Source of the DNA: an uncultured Bacteroides sp.
GTDB taxonomy: Bacteria; Bacteroidota; Bacteroidia; Bacteroidales; Bacteroidaceae
DNA: 64,000 nt
NCBI GenBank assembly: GCA_963677945.1
Contig: OY782578.1
Location: 2,011,258-2,075,257 of the forward strand
Direction: 5' to 3'
Numbering within the stretch: the first letter of the stretch is position 1; the number at the start of each line of letters is the position of its first letter. This document shows positions 49,821-61,800 of the stretch, piece by piece. The translations under genes and the position numbers were made by a program. The notes below the pieces were generated by a model. It saw only the letters and a list, made by a program, of their open reading frames with translations, did not search any database and was not told where the DNA came from.

Positions 49821-50635
49821 TGAAGGCTAACAAGGTTTTATTTATTACACAAGAGATTACTCCTTACTTGCCCGAGTCCGAAATGGCTAACACTGGAAGA
49901 TATCTTCCTCAGGCTATTCAGGAGAAGGGGAGAGAAATTAGAACATTTATGCCTAAGTGGGGTAATATCAATGAGCGCAGAAATCAATTGCACGAAGTGA
50001 TTCGCCTTTCGGGAATGAACCTGATCATTGATGATACGGATCATCCATTGATTATAAAAGTGGCTTCGATTCAGGCTGCCAGAATGCAGGTATACTTCAT
50101 TGATAATGATGATTATTTTCAACACAGATTACAAGCTGCTGATGAAGATGGAAATGAATATGATGATAATGACAGCAGAGCTATATTTTATGCCCGCGGT
50201 GTAATTGAAACAGTAAAGAAACTCCGTTGGTGTCCTGATGTTATTCACTGTCATGGATGGATGTCGGCTTTGGCTCCATTATATATTAAGACTGTATACA
50301 AAGATGAACCATCGTTTCGTGATGTGAAGATAGTATTCTCTGTATATGAGGATGATTTTAAAAACAAACTATCTCAGGATTTTGCCTCTAAAATAATGAT
50401 GAAAGACTTAGCAGGCATTGATTTATCTTCTGTTCAGGGTGATGTTGATTATGCAGGGCTACTTAAGCTTGCTATTGATTATTCTGACGGAGTTATTCAA
50501 AACAGTGAGCATGTAAATGAAGATGTGATGAATTATGCTCGTAGTAAGAATATTCCGGTTCTTGATTTTCAGTCTCCGGATAATTACGTTGATGCTTTCA
50601 ATGAGTTTTACGATAAAGTTTATGATAACGAATAG
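49821..50635 (+). CDS. Glycogen/starch synthase N-terminal (Glyco_transf_5) domain-only protein
   Basis: FITQEITPYL, RTFMPKWG, VYFIDN, PDVIHCHGW; about 270 aa with no C-terminal GT domain; start MKANKV. Confidence 0.85.
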
Positions 50636-50657
50636 ATATTATAAAAAAAGATATTAT

Positions 50658-50689
50658 AAAAAAGCAGCTCAATTTGAGCTGCTTTTTTT
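50658..50689. terminator. Bidirectional terminator
   Basis: aaaaaagcagctca / tgagctgctttttt. Confidence 0.88.
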
Positions 50690-50701
50690 ATGATTGGTTT
50701 C

Positions 50702-52057
50702 CTAATCTTTCTTCGCTACTTTTTTAGTTTTCTTTTCTTTCGTTGTTTTGATAACTGCCTTTTCTTGATTCACCTTGCTGAGTTCCAGCATATCAATCTT
50801 CTTACGTAAGGTGTCAATCTCGTCTCCTTGATTTTTTATCGTTGTAAGTAGTGAGTTCAATTCTTCATTATCCAAATCTTCCGGATAAAGGGAGTTTACT
50901 CTGTTGATAAAGTCTGCCAGAACATTCATGTAATTTGAAAAAGCCTCATAGGCTGAGTCATAATTATCTCTGTCGATACCAAGACCGGTATGTTTAGTTG
51001 ACATGAAACGGAAGTTGTGACAAGCCTGTAAATAGTCCCAGTCTTGCTTGATTCTTTTATCATGGCACAGTCTGACACGTTCAGATAGTCCGTATAGCTT
51101 ATTAAAAGCTTCACGTTGAAGACTGTTTCCTAACCATGCACTTATGTCTCTTTCTTCGTCTAGCCAGGATATTGGATATAGAACCTCAATAGAAGAGATT
51201 GATTTAGATTTGGAAATAATCTCTGATGGTGTAGAGAATGTGATTCCTTTTTCACTGGCACAACCCGGTAACGCTTTCATAAATTCCAGAATGTTTGAAG
51301 ATAGAGGCTGTGCTATACCGATAGCATCTAAAGGCATGAAGATATTGATTACTTTTTCTTCTTTTGGCAGTGAATCAATCCAATTGATGTATTTATCAGC
51401 AAACAAAGGATACTCGCTCCATTCATGATTTGAGAACCGAAGACTAATGTCATCTGAAAGCTTAAAGTCTCTGAATAATATCTTAAGCTCGGGTGCCTGA
51501 TTACAATGGTATACATAATGAGGACTTTTCCATCCTAGAATATGTTTCGCTCCCTCAGTTAGCACTCCTTTAAATCCCATATCAGCTATGGTGCTGCCAA
51601 TCTCATCAGAATAAATAAGTCCTGTGTTTCTGAATACAGTTGGTGTCTGACCAAAAAGTTGCTTTGTTTTTCTGCATTGATGCTGAACTTCCTCACGGAA
51701 ACTTGTTTCATCGATCAATGAAGAGAGTCCGTTGGAGTATGTTTCGGCCAAAAACTCGCAGCAACCGGTTTTGCCCAGTTCTTTTAGTTTGTCGATAACG
51801 CAGGGAGCATGCATTTCCAATAATTCCATGGCTACTCCAGATAGAGAAATGGCTACTTTGAAAGCTCCGTTTGAGTTTTTAACCATCTCTATTAATGTGT
51901 CGATTGCCGGTTTATAAGAACGCTCTACAGTATCACTTAATTTAGTTTCGTTGGCGTAATCGTCATAATAATAGTGATCTGTTCCTATATCAAAGAATCG
52001 ATATCTTTTCAGATGAAAAATCTGGTGTATTTGAAAGTATAAACAGATTGTTTTCAT
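50702..52057 (-). CDS. GH57 alpha-amylase family protein
   Basis: LYFQIHQ, FLAETY, FRNTGLIYS, LSDDISLRFS, SWLDEERD. Confidence 0.9.
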   Translation of the reverse strand: MKTICLYFQIHQIFHLKRYRFFDIGTDHYYYDDYANETKLSDTVERSYKPAIDTLIEMVKNSNGAFKVAISLSGVAMELLEMHAPCVIDKLKELGKTGCCEFLAETYSNGLSSLIDETSFREEVQHQCRKTKQLFGQTPTVFRNTGLIYSDEIGSTIADMGFKGVLTEGAKHILGWKSPHYVYHCNQAPELKILFRDFKLSDDISLRFSNHEWSEYPLFADKYINWIDSLPKEEKVINIFMPLDAIGIAQPLSSNILEFMKALPGCASEKGITFSTPSEIISKSKSISSIEVLYPISWLDEERDISAWLGNSLQREAFNKLYGLSERVRLCHDKRIKQDWDYLQACHNFRFMSTKHTGLGIDRDNYDSAYEAFSNYMNVLADFINRVNSLYPEDLDNEELNSLLTTIKNQGDEIDTLRKKIDMLELSKVNQEKAVIKTTKEKKTKKVAKKD

Positions 52058-52075
52058 ATTGATTATATTTTTTTA

Positions 52076-53344
52076 TTATCTATAGTTCTGTAAAATATTG
52101 TCGTAAATGGAACGTACTTTATAGCCTACATTTTCCCATTTTATTGCATCAACTTCTTTTTTACCTTCTGTCTTTAAGTAATCATACATAGCAGGATAGG
52201 TACAAATGGAATAAATAGCATCGGCCATAGCATGAATATCCCAATAGTCGATTTTGATACAATTGTCTAAAATCTCAGCACACCCCGATTGTTTCGAGAT
52301 AATTGTAGGCACACTAACCTGCATTGCTTCCAACGGAGAGATACCGAATGGTTCCGAAACCGAAGGCATGATATATACATCGCTGGCTTTGAGTACTTCG
52401 TAAACTTGTTTTCCTTTCATAAATCCCGGGAAGTGAAAACGGTCGGCTATACCTCGTTCTGCTACCAGACTGATCATTTGGTTCATCATATCGCCATTGC
52501 CGGCCATCACAAAACGAATGTTTTTTGTTCTGTGAAGAACCATTGCCGCAGCTTCTACAAAGTATTCCGGACCTTTTTGCATGGTTATTCTTCCCAAAAA
52601 GGTTACAATCTTTTCTTTTTTACTTTTTTGAGGAACAATATTCATAATCTCCTGAGATAATGGAGATACGGCATTATGTACGGTAGTTACTTTTCGTGGA
52701 TCCTGATGGTATTTATGAATAACTGTCTGACGAGTCAGCTCACTAACACACATGATGTGATCAGCATGATCCATTCCGTTCTTTTCTATGGAGTAAACAG
52801 TGGGATTTACATTTCCACGGCTTCTGTCAAAATCAGTTGCATGTACATGGATAACCAGTGGCTTTCCTGAAATTTGTTTAGCATGAATACCGGCAGGATA
52901 TGTTAGCCAGTCATGCGAATGAATAATATCATATTGTTGCTGTCTGGCAATAACACCAGCTACTATGGAATAATTATTAATTTCTTCCTGTAAGTTATCC
53001 GGATAGCGACCGGAAAATTCGATGCAACCTAAATCGTTGGTATGAAGATAATTGAAGTCGGCATATATATGGTCTCGTAAATCATAGTAATCCTGAGGAT
53101 TCATATATCCACCGACACGGTTATTTACATAATCCCAATTCACATCCCTCCATACTACCGGAGTGCTGTTCATACCTATAATCTTTAAAAAACTCTGATC
53201 TTCATCTCCCCAAGGTTTGGGTATGCAAAAGGTAATTTCCATATCTTCCTGCATAGACATACCTTGTGTAAGCCCATAACTGGCTGTTCCTAAGCCTCCT
53301 AATATATGAGGGGGAAACTCCCATCCAAACATTAAAACTTTCAT
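52076..53344 (-). CDS. GT4 glycosyltransferase (glycogen synthase-like)
   Basis: MFGWEFPP..GGLG, IHSHDWLT, FLGRITMQKG, PSVSEPFGISPLEA. Confidence 0.92.
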   Translation of the reverse strand: MKVLMFGWEFPPHILGGLGTASYGLTQGMSMQEDMEITFCIPKPWGDEDQSFLKIIGMNSTPVVWRDVNWDYVNNRVGGYMNPQDYYDLRDHIYADFNYLHTNDLGCIEFSGRYPDNLQEEINNYSIVAGVIARQQQYDIIHSHDWLTYPAGIHAKQISGKPLVIHVHATDFDRSRGNVNPTVYSIEKNGMDHADHIMCVSELTRQTVIHKYHQDPRKVTTVHNAVSPLSQEIMNIVPQKSKKEKIVTFLGRITMQKGPEYFVEAAAMVLHRTKNIRFVMAGNGDMMNQMISLVAERGIADRFHFPGFMKGKQVYEVLKASDVYIMPSVSEPFGISPLEAMQVSVPTIISKQSGCAEILDNCIKIDYWDIHAMADAIYSICTYPAMYDYLKTEGKKEVDAIKWENVGYKVRSIYDNILQNYR

Positions 53345-53362
53345 CTTTATTTCCTCCTCTTA

Positions 53363-55306
53363 TTAATAGTATTTATTAAGTTGCTTTAATACGTGCAAGA
53401 TTAATGCAACATTCATAGCGAATGATACTGCTCCTCTTCCTTTAAAAGGAGGGTTGCCATCAAATAATTCTGGTATAGAACTAATGCAATGCTTTCTCAT
53501 TTCTTCCTCAAATCCTATTAGTTGGCGTTCAATAAAGGAAACTCCGCTTGTTTTATATATACGAAGGTATGCTTCCATATAGAATCCCATCAACCATGGC
53601 CATGCCGTGCCCTGGTGGTAAGCGTAATCTCTTAATATTTGTGGCCCTACATAATTGGGGTTATATCCGATACTTTTGGGACTTAACGAACGTAGTCCTT
53701 TGGGAGTAAGTAACTCTCTGGTTGTAATATCAAGAATCCTCTTTTTTTGCTCCGGTTTAAGTGGCGAGTATTCAAATGCCACGGTAAATATCATGTTGGG
53801 ACGTACACTCCAGTCGGATGGTTGTCCGTTAACATAATCAAGTAGATAACCATGCTCGTTTAGGAATACATTAATGAAAGATTGGGCTGTTGTTATTGCT
53901 AATTCATCTAGTGAATCGGCGAATATCGATTCGGCTTTATCTCCTTTATGCATCATTCCGGCTACAAAACGGAGTGCATTGAACCATAAAGAATTGACTT
54001 CAACAATATATCCGGTTCTTGGAGTTACAGGACGATCGTTGATTGTGGCATTCATCCATGTAATAGCTTTATTTTCTCCGTTTGAGTATAGCAATCCGTT
54101 ATCATGTAAGAACAGGTTCTCATGTTTGCCTTTATAGATAAACTCGATGATGTCTTTCAGAAGGTTGCCGTACTTTTGTTTACATTGTTCCGGCGATGTT
54201 GCATTTGCATATTGCTGTATAGCCCATATTGCCCAAAGTAACACATCCGGATCTTCAATTTCATATATCTTACAATCTAAAGGACGTCCATTTATATAAT
54301 TTTCTATAGCTTCCCGGGCGGTTTCCATAACAGACTCGAATTCTTCGATTTCATCAATAGCAAGTGTTAAACCCGGTAAGGAAACAAACATATCACGAGC
54401 ACGACATTTAAACCAGGGATATCCGGCTAAAAGATAGTGCTTGCCACCTTGTTTATTATGAAACTGGTGAGCTGAGTTTTTCAGACAGTTGAAGAAACTG
54501 TCACGTGGAGTACGTCTTGCTGCCTGTTCCTCGAATTTCTCAAAAAGCTTGTTTGTTGAAGCCTCAGATATACCGGCAGAGAAAATAATGCTTTCTCCTT
54601 TTTTAATATTAACTTCAAAATATCCAGGAACATAGAGGTCTTCGTTGGAATCGTATCCTCTTTCTTGTTCTTTGGTATATTCTATGCCTTTGTACCAATA
54701 TGGCTCAAAATGAAATTCGTTTTTCTTGTTTACCTGCATAAATAATTCAGGATACCCTGGGTACATACAGGTTTTTATACCATTTTCAACTTCCTGATAT
54801 TCTCTGCTTGCATGTGGGTTTTCATGAGTATACTGACGTACGCTTCTAAAGGCGAGAAGTGGACGAAAACGAAGAGTAGTAGCAGAATGTGCATCTACTA
54901 ATGTATATTTAATCAATATTCTATTCTCATAATGAACAAAGATTTTTTCTTTGGTAAGAATAACTCCACCTACACGGTAGGTTGTAATAGGGATTTTTTC
55001 ACAATCAAATTCACGGATGTATTTATGCCCCTTGGGACTATAGTTGTCTCCCTGATATTTATGCAAACCAAGGTTAAACTCAGCTCCGTGTTGAATAACT
55101 GTTTCATCTAAAGAAGAGAGTAAAACATGATTTTCGTCGTCCATTTCTGGAATAGGAATCACTAGTAATCCATGATATTTTCTTGTGTTGCAATCGACTA
55201 TTGTTGTACAATGATATGCTCCCGATTTATTGGTCCGAAGAATTTCTCTAGGTAAAGATTCTTCAAGATTAATCATGAGAGTTTTGTCAAATCGCAGATA
55301 ACTCAT
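53363..55306 (-). CDS. Glycogen debranching enzyme (amylo-alpha-1,6-glucosidase, GH133-like)
   Basis: NTRKYHGLL, AGYPWF..RARD, TWMNA, VRPNMI, YHQGTAWPWL, PELFDG. Confidence 0.92.
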   Translation of the reverse strand: MSYLRFDKTLMINLEESLPREILRTNKSGAYHCTTIVDCNTRKYHGLLVIPIPEMDDENHVLLSSLDETVIQHGAEFNLGLHKYQGDNYSPKGHKYIREFDCEKIPITTYRVGGVILTKEKIFVHYENRILIKYTLVDAHSATTLRFRPLLAFRSVRQYTHENPHASREYQEVENGIKTCMYPGYPELFMQVNKKNEFHFEPYWYKGIEYTKEQERGYDSNEDLYVPGYFEVNIKKGESIIFSAGISEASTNKLFEKFEEQAARRTPRDSFFNCLKNSAHQFHNKQGGKHYLLAGYPWFKCRARDMFVSLPGLTLAIDEIEEFESVMETAREAIENYINGRPLDCKIYEIEDPDVLLWAIWAIQQYANATSPEQCKQKYGNLLKDIIEFIYKGKHENLFLHDNGLLYSNGENKAITWMNATINDRPVTPRTGYIVEVNSLWFNALRFVAGMMHKGDKAESIFADSLDELAITTAQSFINVFLNEHGYLLDYVNGQPSDWSVRPNMIFTVAFEYSPLKPEQKKRILDITTRELLTPKGLRSLSPKSIGYNPNYVGPQILRDYAYHQGTAWPWLMGFYMEAYLRIYKTSGVSFIERQLIGFEEEMRKHCISSIPELFDGNPPFKGRGAVSFAMNVALILHVLKQLNKYY

Positions 55307-55530
55307 AGTTATATAGGCTTTTAAAAGGTTTATTATTAATTTAATGGTTACAATATAATGTTGCTATCTCCAAAAATAATGATTTTTGAGATAAAACAGT
55401 ATTGTTTACTCATTTTTTTTGCTTTTTGCTATAAAGTTTCTTATTGAATTTTTTTATTCAGCTATATCTTTGATAGGTTTATATTCCTGGGAAATTCTAT
55501 AAAGGTTCTCTTATAGAGGCTTATAATAAG

Positions 55531-55567
55531 AAAAAAATCCCGGCTTTTATCAATAAAAAGCCGGGAT
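55531..55567 (-). terminator. Terminator after marC
   Basis: atcccggctttt / aaaagccgggat followed by a U-run on the minus strand. Confidence 0.8.
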
Positions 55568-55588
55568 GAGCGATATTTTTGTTAGTTA

Positions 55589-56191
55589 CTATAAACCGCC
55601 TTGAAGAACTGTGATCAGGTTGGTAATGTTTGCTGTAAACAGTTTTACAGCAATAGCAAGCAAAATAATACCAAAGAATTTCCGGATAACATAAATGCCT
55701 CCTTTTCCCAGAAATTTCTCTACCTTTCCTGTTAGCTTTAAAACGATATATACCCAGATCATGTTGAGCACTAAGGCTATCATGATATTTACGCTGGCAT
55801 ATTCCGCACGTAGTGATAATAATGTTGTAAATGCACCAGCTCCCGCTAATAGAGGAAATACAAGAGGAACAAGTGTTGCTTCTTTAATAGGACCTGTGTT
55901 TTTAAATATTTCAACGTCAAGAATCATTTCCAGTGCCATAAAAAATATAATAAGTGCACCGGCTATTGCAAACGATTCTATATCTACCCGGAAGAGGCTT
56001 AACAATAAATGACCTGCATAGAAAAAGCCTACCATTAGAGTCCCTGAGTATAACGTTGCTTTAACGGCGTTAACTTCACGTCCCTTTTCTCTAAGGTTTA
56101 TGATAATTGGAATGGAACCAATAATATCTATTACTGCGAATAGTACAATAAATGCACTAATCATATCCTGAATATCAAATGCTGCAAACAT
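55589..56191 (-). CDS. MarC family membrane protein
   Basis: LFAVIDIIGSIP, FAIAGALIIF..ALEM, VPLVFPLLAGAG, RKFFGIILLAIAV. Confidence 0.92.
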   Translation of the reverse strand: MFAAFDIQDMISAFIVLFAVIDIIGSIPIIINLREKGREVNAVKATLYSGTLMVGFFYAGHLLLSLFRVDIESFAIAGALIIFFMALEMILDVEIFKNTGPIKEATLVPLVFPLLAGAGAFTTLLSLRAEYASVNIMIALVLNMIWVYIVLKLTGKVEKFLGKGGIYVIRKFFGIILLAIAVKLFTANITNLITVLQGGL

Positions 56192-56309
56192 ATCTAATTA
56201 TTTTTTAAATGCAAAGATATTATATTTTTATGCATTTTACAACATTTTACTATATAGAAAATAATCATGCTTAAGAAACAATAAAAAACAAAAAAAGAAG
56301 AGCGTGTAA

Positions 56310-57113
56310 ATGAATATAATCAAATTTTATCAATATATTTGTAAAGAACTAGAATTAGACTATTTTATAACTGTAATACCAAAAATGGTTGTTATGGAAA
56401 CTATGTACGAGACTTTGCTTAAAATGCCTCTCTTCCAAGGATTAGGCGAAGATGAAATCACAAAAATCGTTGGAAAAGTGAAATTACATTTTCAGAAATA
56501 TAAAGCTGGAAGTGTTATATTTAGGAGTGGTGATCCTTGTAATGAACTTACCTTTTTATTAAAAGGTGAAATAATGCTGGAATCTACCGATAAGGATAAT
56601 AATTTTGTGTTAAAAGAATTCCAGTCAGCTCCTGATCTCGTTGGATTCTATTCTCTTTTTGGAATTAAAACGTGTTACTTCTCTACTTATACTGCGGAAA
56701 CAGATGTTGATGTTGTTTCTATAGATAAGTCTTTTATTCTAACTGAGCTTGATAAACATGACATTTTCCGTTTGAATTTTCGTAATATTCTGTCAAATAG
56801 GTTACAACAGTTTCATGATAGATTGTGGCAATTTACCTATTCCTGTCTGGAAACAAAGATTGTTGATTTCTTGTTGGCACGATGTGAAAAACCTTATGGC
56901 AAAAAGCAGCTGAAGATTAAAATGGAAGATTTTGCTGCAATTATTGGTGAAACACGTTTATCAGTATCCAAATGCCTGAACCAATTAGAAAAAGATGGAT
57001 TGGTTATTCTTCGTAGAACGGAAGTAGAGATTCCTGATTTAAACTTATTAAAACTGTGGAAAGAAAAGTTTCTGATGACCTTTTCTCACAATAAAGAAAT
57101 AGTAAATGAGTAA
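56310..57113 (+). CDS. Crp/Fnr family transcriptional regulator
   Basis: PLFQGL, cNMP-binding barrel, C-terminal HTH MEDFAAIIGETRLSVSKCL; true start probably at the MVVMETM cluster. Confidence 0.88.
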   Translation: MNIIKFYQYICKELELDYFITVIPKMVVMETMYETLLKMPLFQGLGEDEITKIVGKVKLHFQKYKAGSVIFRSGDPCNELTFLLKGEIMLESTDKDNNFVLKEFQSAPDLVGFYSLFGIKTCYFSTYTAETDVDVVSIDKSFILTELDKHDIFRLNFRNILSNRLQQFHDRLWQFTYSCLETKIVDFLLARCEKPYGKKQLKIKMEDFAAIIGETRLSVSKCLNQLEKDGLVILRRTEVEIPDLNLLKLWKEKFLMTFSHNKEIVNE

Positions 57114-57119
57114 TAAATA

Positions 57120-57151
57120 AAGCCTCAAAATCGATTCGGATTTTGAGGCTT
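57120..57151. terminator. Bidirectional terminator crp/eno
   Basis: aagcctcaaaatc / gattttgaggctt. Confidence 0.8.
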
Positions 57152-57192
57152 ATTTGTTTTATGAAAGTTCTTTGACTTTCACCTTATTGCAT

Positions 57193-58485
<1,293 letters not shown>

Positions 58486-58800
58486 TTAAGTTGTTACTGC
58501 AAAGATAAAAGATTATATGACATTTTATCCTTTTAAAGAAAAAACATTGCTATTAAAATAAAGTTTTTATAAAAGAGGTCCTTTCTTGTACAGATTAAGC
58601 ATATTTAGTAATACAGCATGAAACTGTAATGCTTTGTTTATCAATATTTATATTTGTTATTTTGGTCTGTAACAAGTTGTTCTTCTTGTATTTAACAATA
58701 ACCATTCTGCTGGTTTATCTATTATCAGAACTTATTTACCAATAATTTGACCTCATTAAATTCTATTCTGCATATATTTGCGTAATCATTAAATCTATTT

Positions 58801-61800
58801 ATGCAGAATATCAACTATCCAATATTACAGAAAGTATCTTTATTTTTACTTTTATTGCTTTGTCCATTTTGGGCAAATTCTCAAAATGAAATTATTCAGC
58901 ATTTAAAGTTTAAACAGCTTTCTACGCTTAATGGCTTACCTACTGATGAAGTGCAGAAGGTTTTTCAGGATAAAGACGGTTATATATGGATTGCTACAAG
59001 AAGTGGCTTGTGCCTTTATGACGGTTATCAGGTAAAGACCTATAAGGCCAACCTATACACACCGGAATTGTTCACAAGTAATAATATCCTTTGCTTGGCC
59101 GATGACAATAACCACAATTTATGGATAGGTACACTTGACGGACTGAATATTCTGAATAAGAAGACTGGTGTAATACGTAAGATTTTTATTCCCGGAATTG
59201 CAAACAATGCAATTTCATGTTTACTGATTGGCAAAGATAATACTGTTTGGGTAGGTACGGATTCTGGCTTATGCAGATATATTCCTCAGAACGATTCTTT
59301 TGAAGTTCTGGTTAATTCGAAGACTAATGGGGTATTGAGTCCAACTGCTATTAAGTCTCTTATTGAAGATTCGAAAGGGAATATTTGGATTGGTACATGG
59401 TCGGCCGGACTTTATAGATATGATCCTAAGATTAAAAGATATTATGCATATCCTAAAATGAATAATCGTAATTCGGCTCATGTTATTTATGAAGATTACA
59501 AAAAAAGGATATGGGTTGGTACATGGAGTGAGGGACTGTTCTTATTAGAGAACCCTTATGATATGAAACATTTGCGTTGGAAGAAGTTCGTTCATCAGAA
59601 TGGAAATCCTAATAGCTTGTCGGATAATATTGTCTATTCAATATCTGAGGATCTGAATACTCACACTCTTTGGGTGGGTACGCGTAGCGGACTTAGTATA
59701 ACTCCCCAGGACGGATCGGGGTATTTTATTAATTATCTTCCTGAAAGTGAACGTTATCCATTGATTACTAATGAGGTAAACTCTATTATTAGAGACCATT
59801 TTGGAATGATGTGGATGGGAACTATTGGAGGTGGAGTGTGCTGGGTGAGCACTAGACAAACACATTTTAATAGATATAATATTGAATCGATAAAGAGTGA
59901 GCTACCTACAAACTCGGTGAAGAGTCTTTATGTAGATGATGACGGACTGGTTTGGATGGGAATAGGTACTTATGGATTGGCTGCATACAATCCAAAAAAT
60001 AATGTTTGCAACTATTATCCAAAGATTCCTGAATTCTCTAATATAAGTAGCATGCCAACAGTCAACACGATTGTTCGCATGAAGAGAACAAATGAATTGT
60101 GGATAGGTACTTATGATGGAGGTATCTATGTTTACAAGAAAGGACAGAAGGTAAAGGTGATGTTACCTGAGAATACTCCTTTTTTAAAAGAAGCTTGTGT
60201 TTCTGCTATAAAGGAAGACAGGAAGGGTAACTGCTGGATTGGTACCCGTAGTGGATTATGCGTTAGGTATAATAATGGTAAAGGTTATATTTTCAATACT
60301 CTTTTGGTTAACAATAAAGATCTTAGTCGTTGTACAATTCGTTCTCTCTGCGAAGATAACGACGGAACTATATGGTGTGGTACGGGGAATTATGGAGTAA
60401 TACGTCTTTCCGGAAATCTACAAAATCCTAAATTAACAAAGTTTGCCCAATATTCGTTGAGCAATAATAAACTGAATTGTCTGGATGCTCTATGTCTGTT
60501 TAAGGATAATATAGGAAGACTATGGCTTGGAACTGAAGGAGGAGGACTTAATTTATATGATAGAGAAAAAGATACTTTTATTTCTATTAATAAACTTATA
60601 AATCTTCCGGGGGATGTTGTAAGCAGTATACAACAAGATAAAAAAGGAAATCTTTGGCTTGGCACAAATTATGGTCTTGTAAGGTTACGTGTTGAAAAGA
60701 ACCTTAAAGAATCGAGTTTCCGTGTTTATACAACAGCCGATGGTTTGCAGGATAATTTCTTTATTCAGAACTCTTCTTTTAATAAGAACGGAGAACTGTT
60801 TTTTGGCGGATATAAAGGATATAATAGTTTCTTTCCTGGCAAAATGGAAGATAATGTGATGAAAGTACCTGTTGTTATAACAGATATAAAGATTCTTAAT
60901 CAAAGCTTCGGAACTCTGGATAATGAACTTAGAAATAGAATTTCTGAAGAGACTCCTGGATTTACAAAAAGAATAGAACTTCCTTATAAATATAAGAACT
61001 TTACAATTGAATTTGCTGCTCTGGTTTATAATAACTCCAGGGGAAATAAGTATGCATATAAGCTGGAAGGGTTTGATAAGGACTGGCAGTACACAGATGC
61101 ATTGCATCGATTTGCGAATTATAATAACCTGAAGAGTGGAACTTATACATTCAGACTAAAGGCTACGAATGAAAATGGTATGTGGAATGAAACAGAAACA
61201 GTATTGGAAGTTGTTATTCTTCCTCCTTTCTGGGCTACATGGTGGGCTTACCTATTATATATAATTGCCGGTGTTCTGATAGCTCGTTTCTCTTTGAGAG
61301 TTGCCAGGAACAGAATGCAGTTGAAAAATGATTTGAAATTGCAGCAGATAGAGCAGATAAAATCAGAGGAAGTAAACCATGCTAAATTGCAGTTCTTTAC
61401 AAATATTACTCATGAGCTTTTAACTCCGCTGACTATTATCTCAGCTTCGGTTGATGATTTGAAGATGATTTCTCCTCAATACCTCGAACATTATGGTGTG
61501 ATGCAGAATAATATATCTCGTCTGATTCGTTTGTTGCAACAGATTCTCGAATTCAGAAAAGCCGAAACAGGTAACCTTAAACTAAAGGTGTCTAATGATA
61601 ATCTGGCGGTGTTCTTAAGAAAAGAGGTAGAAAGTCTTCGTCCTTTGATGAAAAAGAAGAAGATTCATTTGTCGGTTGTTTGCGATCCGGAAAATATAAT
61701 GGGATATTTTGATCCTGACAAATTGGACAAGATAGCATATAACTTGCTGTCGAATGCTTCCAAATATAATAGTGAAGGCGGATTTGTTCTGGTAAATCTA

